A stretch of DNA of 52,413 bases from Methylococcales bacterium (GTDB lineage Bacteria; Pseudomonadota; Gammaproteobacteria; Methylococcales; Methylomonadaceae). The notes below the pieces were generated by a model that saw nothing but the letters and a program-made list of their open reading frames with translations, was not told the origin of the DNA and did not search any database. The first letter of the stretch is position 1, and each line of letters starts with the position of its first letter. Of this stretch, positions 50,749-52,413 are shown piece after piece. The position numbers and the translations under genes were made by a program. The stretch spans positions 1 to 52,413 of the forward strand of contig JAQTOT010000001.1 of the NCBI GenBank assembly GCA_028713145.1, read 5' to 3'.

Positions 50749-51466
50749 TTTCTTTAACCTCGGTGCGTTTCATGCGGGTTTTGAGCCACATTACGCCCAA
50801 AATATCACTGATGCCAACCCATAAACGATCTAGCGTGCCGTATTTGGAAACCCCGCGTTCTCTTGCACGATGCGAAATAGCAAGGGAAATGACTTGATAA
50901 CCGCCACGCAGCATTAGTGCGGGTAAAAAGCGATGGTAATGGTCAAAAAATGGAAGTTCCAACGCGGCATCACGCAAAAAAACTTTCAAACCACAACCTG
51001 TGTCGGGCGTTGCGTCACCTAATAAAGTAGAACGAATACCGTTGGCAATTTTCGATGAAATCAATCGCCATTGCGTATCGTGACGTTGATTGCGCCAACC
51101 TGCAATCATGGCAAGTTTAGAATTCGCTTCACGTTGTGTTTGCAAATTAGAATATAAATGGCAAATGTCCGCAGGATTATTTTGTCCGTCACCATCAAGC
51201 GTTGCAATGACAGGGAATTTTGCTGCTTTGATGCCTGTGAAAACCGCCGCACTTTGTCCGCAACTTTTTTCATGATGAAAAACACGCAAATTGGGAATTG
51301 TTTGCCTCGCTTTTTTTAAAACGTTTAGCGTGTTATCCGTACTGCCATCGTCGATGTAAATAATTTCGTATTCAGTAAAATCGGTCAGTGCAGCGGTAAT
51401 TTCGTTTAAAAGTGGCTCGATATTTTCGGCTTCATTGTGAACGGGAACAACGACAGAAAGAGACAT
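50738..51466 (-). CDS. family 2 glycosyltransferase (polyprenyl-phosphate sugar synthase, ArnC/DPM1-like)
   Basis: 242 aa. VVVPVHNE, IIYIDDGSTD, DGDGQN (DxD). Confidence 0.82.
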   Translation of the reverse strand: MSLSVVVPVHNEAENIEPLLNEITAALTDFTEYEIIYIDDGSTDNTLNVLKKARQTIPNLRVFHHEKSCGQSAAVFTGIKAAKFPVIATLDGDGQNNPADICHLYSNLQTQREANSKLAMIAGWRNQRHDTQWRLISSKIANGIRSTLLGDATPDTGCGLKVFLRDAALELPFFDHYHRFLPALMLRGGYQVISLAISHRARERGVSKYGTLDRLWVGISDILGVMWLKTRMKRTEVKEIER

Positions 51467-51496
51467 AATAACCTCGTGTTTTTAGAATTGAACCAT

Positions 51497-51529
51497 AAAA
51501 AAAGGGCTACATAAATGCAGCCCTTTTTT
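51497..51529. terminator. rho-independent terminator downstream of rpsI (bidirectional form)
   Basis: A7-gggctaca-taaa-tgcagccc-T6. Confidence 0.75.
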
Positions 51530-51563
51530 GTGCCACGATGCAACAAGCATCGCAGGCTGAGAA

Positions 51564-51956
51564 TTAACGTTTTGAGTATTGTGGACGTTTTCTCGCTTTG
51601 TGCAAGCCGATTTTTTTACGTTCAACTTCACGCGAATCACGAGTTACAAAACCTGCTTTTCTTAATTCAGGACGTAATGTTTCGTCATAAACCATTAACG
51701 CGCGTGTCAAACCGTGACGAATCGCGCCAGCTTGACCAGAAGGACCACTGCCTTTTACGATAACGTTCACATCGAATTTGCCTGCCAATTCAAGCAATTC
51801 AAGTGGTTGGGTTGAAACCATTTGGTCAGTTTTACGACCAAAATAAACGTCTAATGCTTTGTCGTTAACGGTAAATTTACCTGTGCCTGCTGTTGCGTAT
51901 ACGCGAGCAGTAGCACTTTTACGACGACCTGTACCATAGTATTGAGTTGCAGCCAT
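51564..51956 (-). CDS. rpsI: 30S ribosomal protein S9
   Basis: 130 aa, ...[14 protein letters not shown]..., C-terminal [11 protein letters not shown]. Confidence 0.97.
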   Translation of the reverse strand: MAATQYYGTGRRKSATARVYATAGTGKFTVNDKALDVYFGRKTDQMVSTQPLELLELAGKFDVNVIVKGSGPSGQAGAIRHGLTRALMVYDETLRPELRKAGFVTRDSREVERKKIGLHKARKRPQYSKR

Positions 51957-51958
51957 GT

Positions 51959-52399
51959 TTATTTACCTACGAATAATTCTAAAACTTTAGGTTGTTGCGC
52001 TTGATGATCATGTTCTGCACCAGCATACACTTTCAATTTTTTAAACATTGCGCGACCCAATGGGTTGTTTGGCAACATGCCTTTTACAGCTGTTGTTAAA
52101 ATACGGTCAGGGAAAGTTTTTCTCAATTTACCTAAAGACGTAGTTTTTAGATTACCAATATAACCAGTGTGGTGTTGGTAAAGTTTATTTTTTTCTTTTG
52201 TACCTGTAACACCGATTTTTTCAGCGTTCACAACGATGATGTAATCACCTGTGTCAACGTGCGGGGTGTATTCAGGTTTGTGTTTGCCACGAAGACACAA
52301 TGCGATTTCAGAAGCTAAACGACCTAACGTTTTGCCTTCTGCATCAACCACATACCATTCGCGTTTTACTTCTGCAAGTTTTGCTGTAAATGTTTTCAT
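51959..52399 (-). CDS. rplM: 50S ribosomal protein L13
   Basis: 146 aa. [18 protein letters not shown], and the conserved rplM-rpsI pair. Confidence 0.97.
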   Translation of the reverse strand: MKTFTAKLAEVKREWYVVDAEGKTLGRLASEIALCLRGKHKPEYTPHVDTGDYIIVVNAEKIGVTGTKEKNKLYQHHTGYIGNLKTTSLGKLRKTFPDRILTTAVKGMLPNNPLGRAMFKKLKVYAGAEHDHQAQQPKVLELFVGK

Positions 52400-52413
52400 T
52401 GTAATTTTTATCC

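Overview
About 40% GC gammaproteobacterial chromosome segment, densely coded on both strands and mostly core housekeeping. It appears to come from a RuMP-cycle methylotroph or methanotroph (Methylococcales- or Methylophaga-like; taxon not determinable from this window). Recognisable blocks, in order: purM, a rhomboid protease and ugd; lon, hupB, tRNA-Val, tRNA-Asp and ppiD; an Xps-ordered partial type II secretion module (gspL/M/N-C-like/D with no ATPase or pseudopilins); grpE-dnaK without dnaJ, carrying sigma32-type promoters. Next come fbaA, a small amino-acid-kinase-family gene and bioD; ybiT, ppnP, an HD-GYP gene and a zinc-ribbon gene; glnS; and a ribulose-monophosphate block (hps, phi, tkt, tal). 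The remainder holds ppx, dbpA, a periplasmic binding protein plus hybrid histidine kinase, a Kef-type antiporter, aguA-aguB, glgP, trmL, gatB, a GT2/LAB_N pair and rpsI-rplM. I saw no transposases, integrases, CRISPR arrays or recognisable defence genes. The most unusual content is a pair of unannotatable genes between tkt and tal. Together they carry 12 copies of a short [ST]-x-V-x-[KR]-Y-L peptide motif, one protein membrane-anchored and one soluble, which suggests a multivalent scaffold tied to the RuMP enzymes (hypothesis only). Other candidates are a self-contained four-gene operon of tiny membrane and metal-binding-like proteins downstream of tal, a putative flavinylated extracytoplasmic FMN-binding protein coupled to a His-bearing 4-TM partner, and a stand-alone 62-aa gene next to the secretin. 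All family assignments come from motif recognition by eye. No searches were run.
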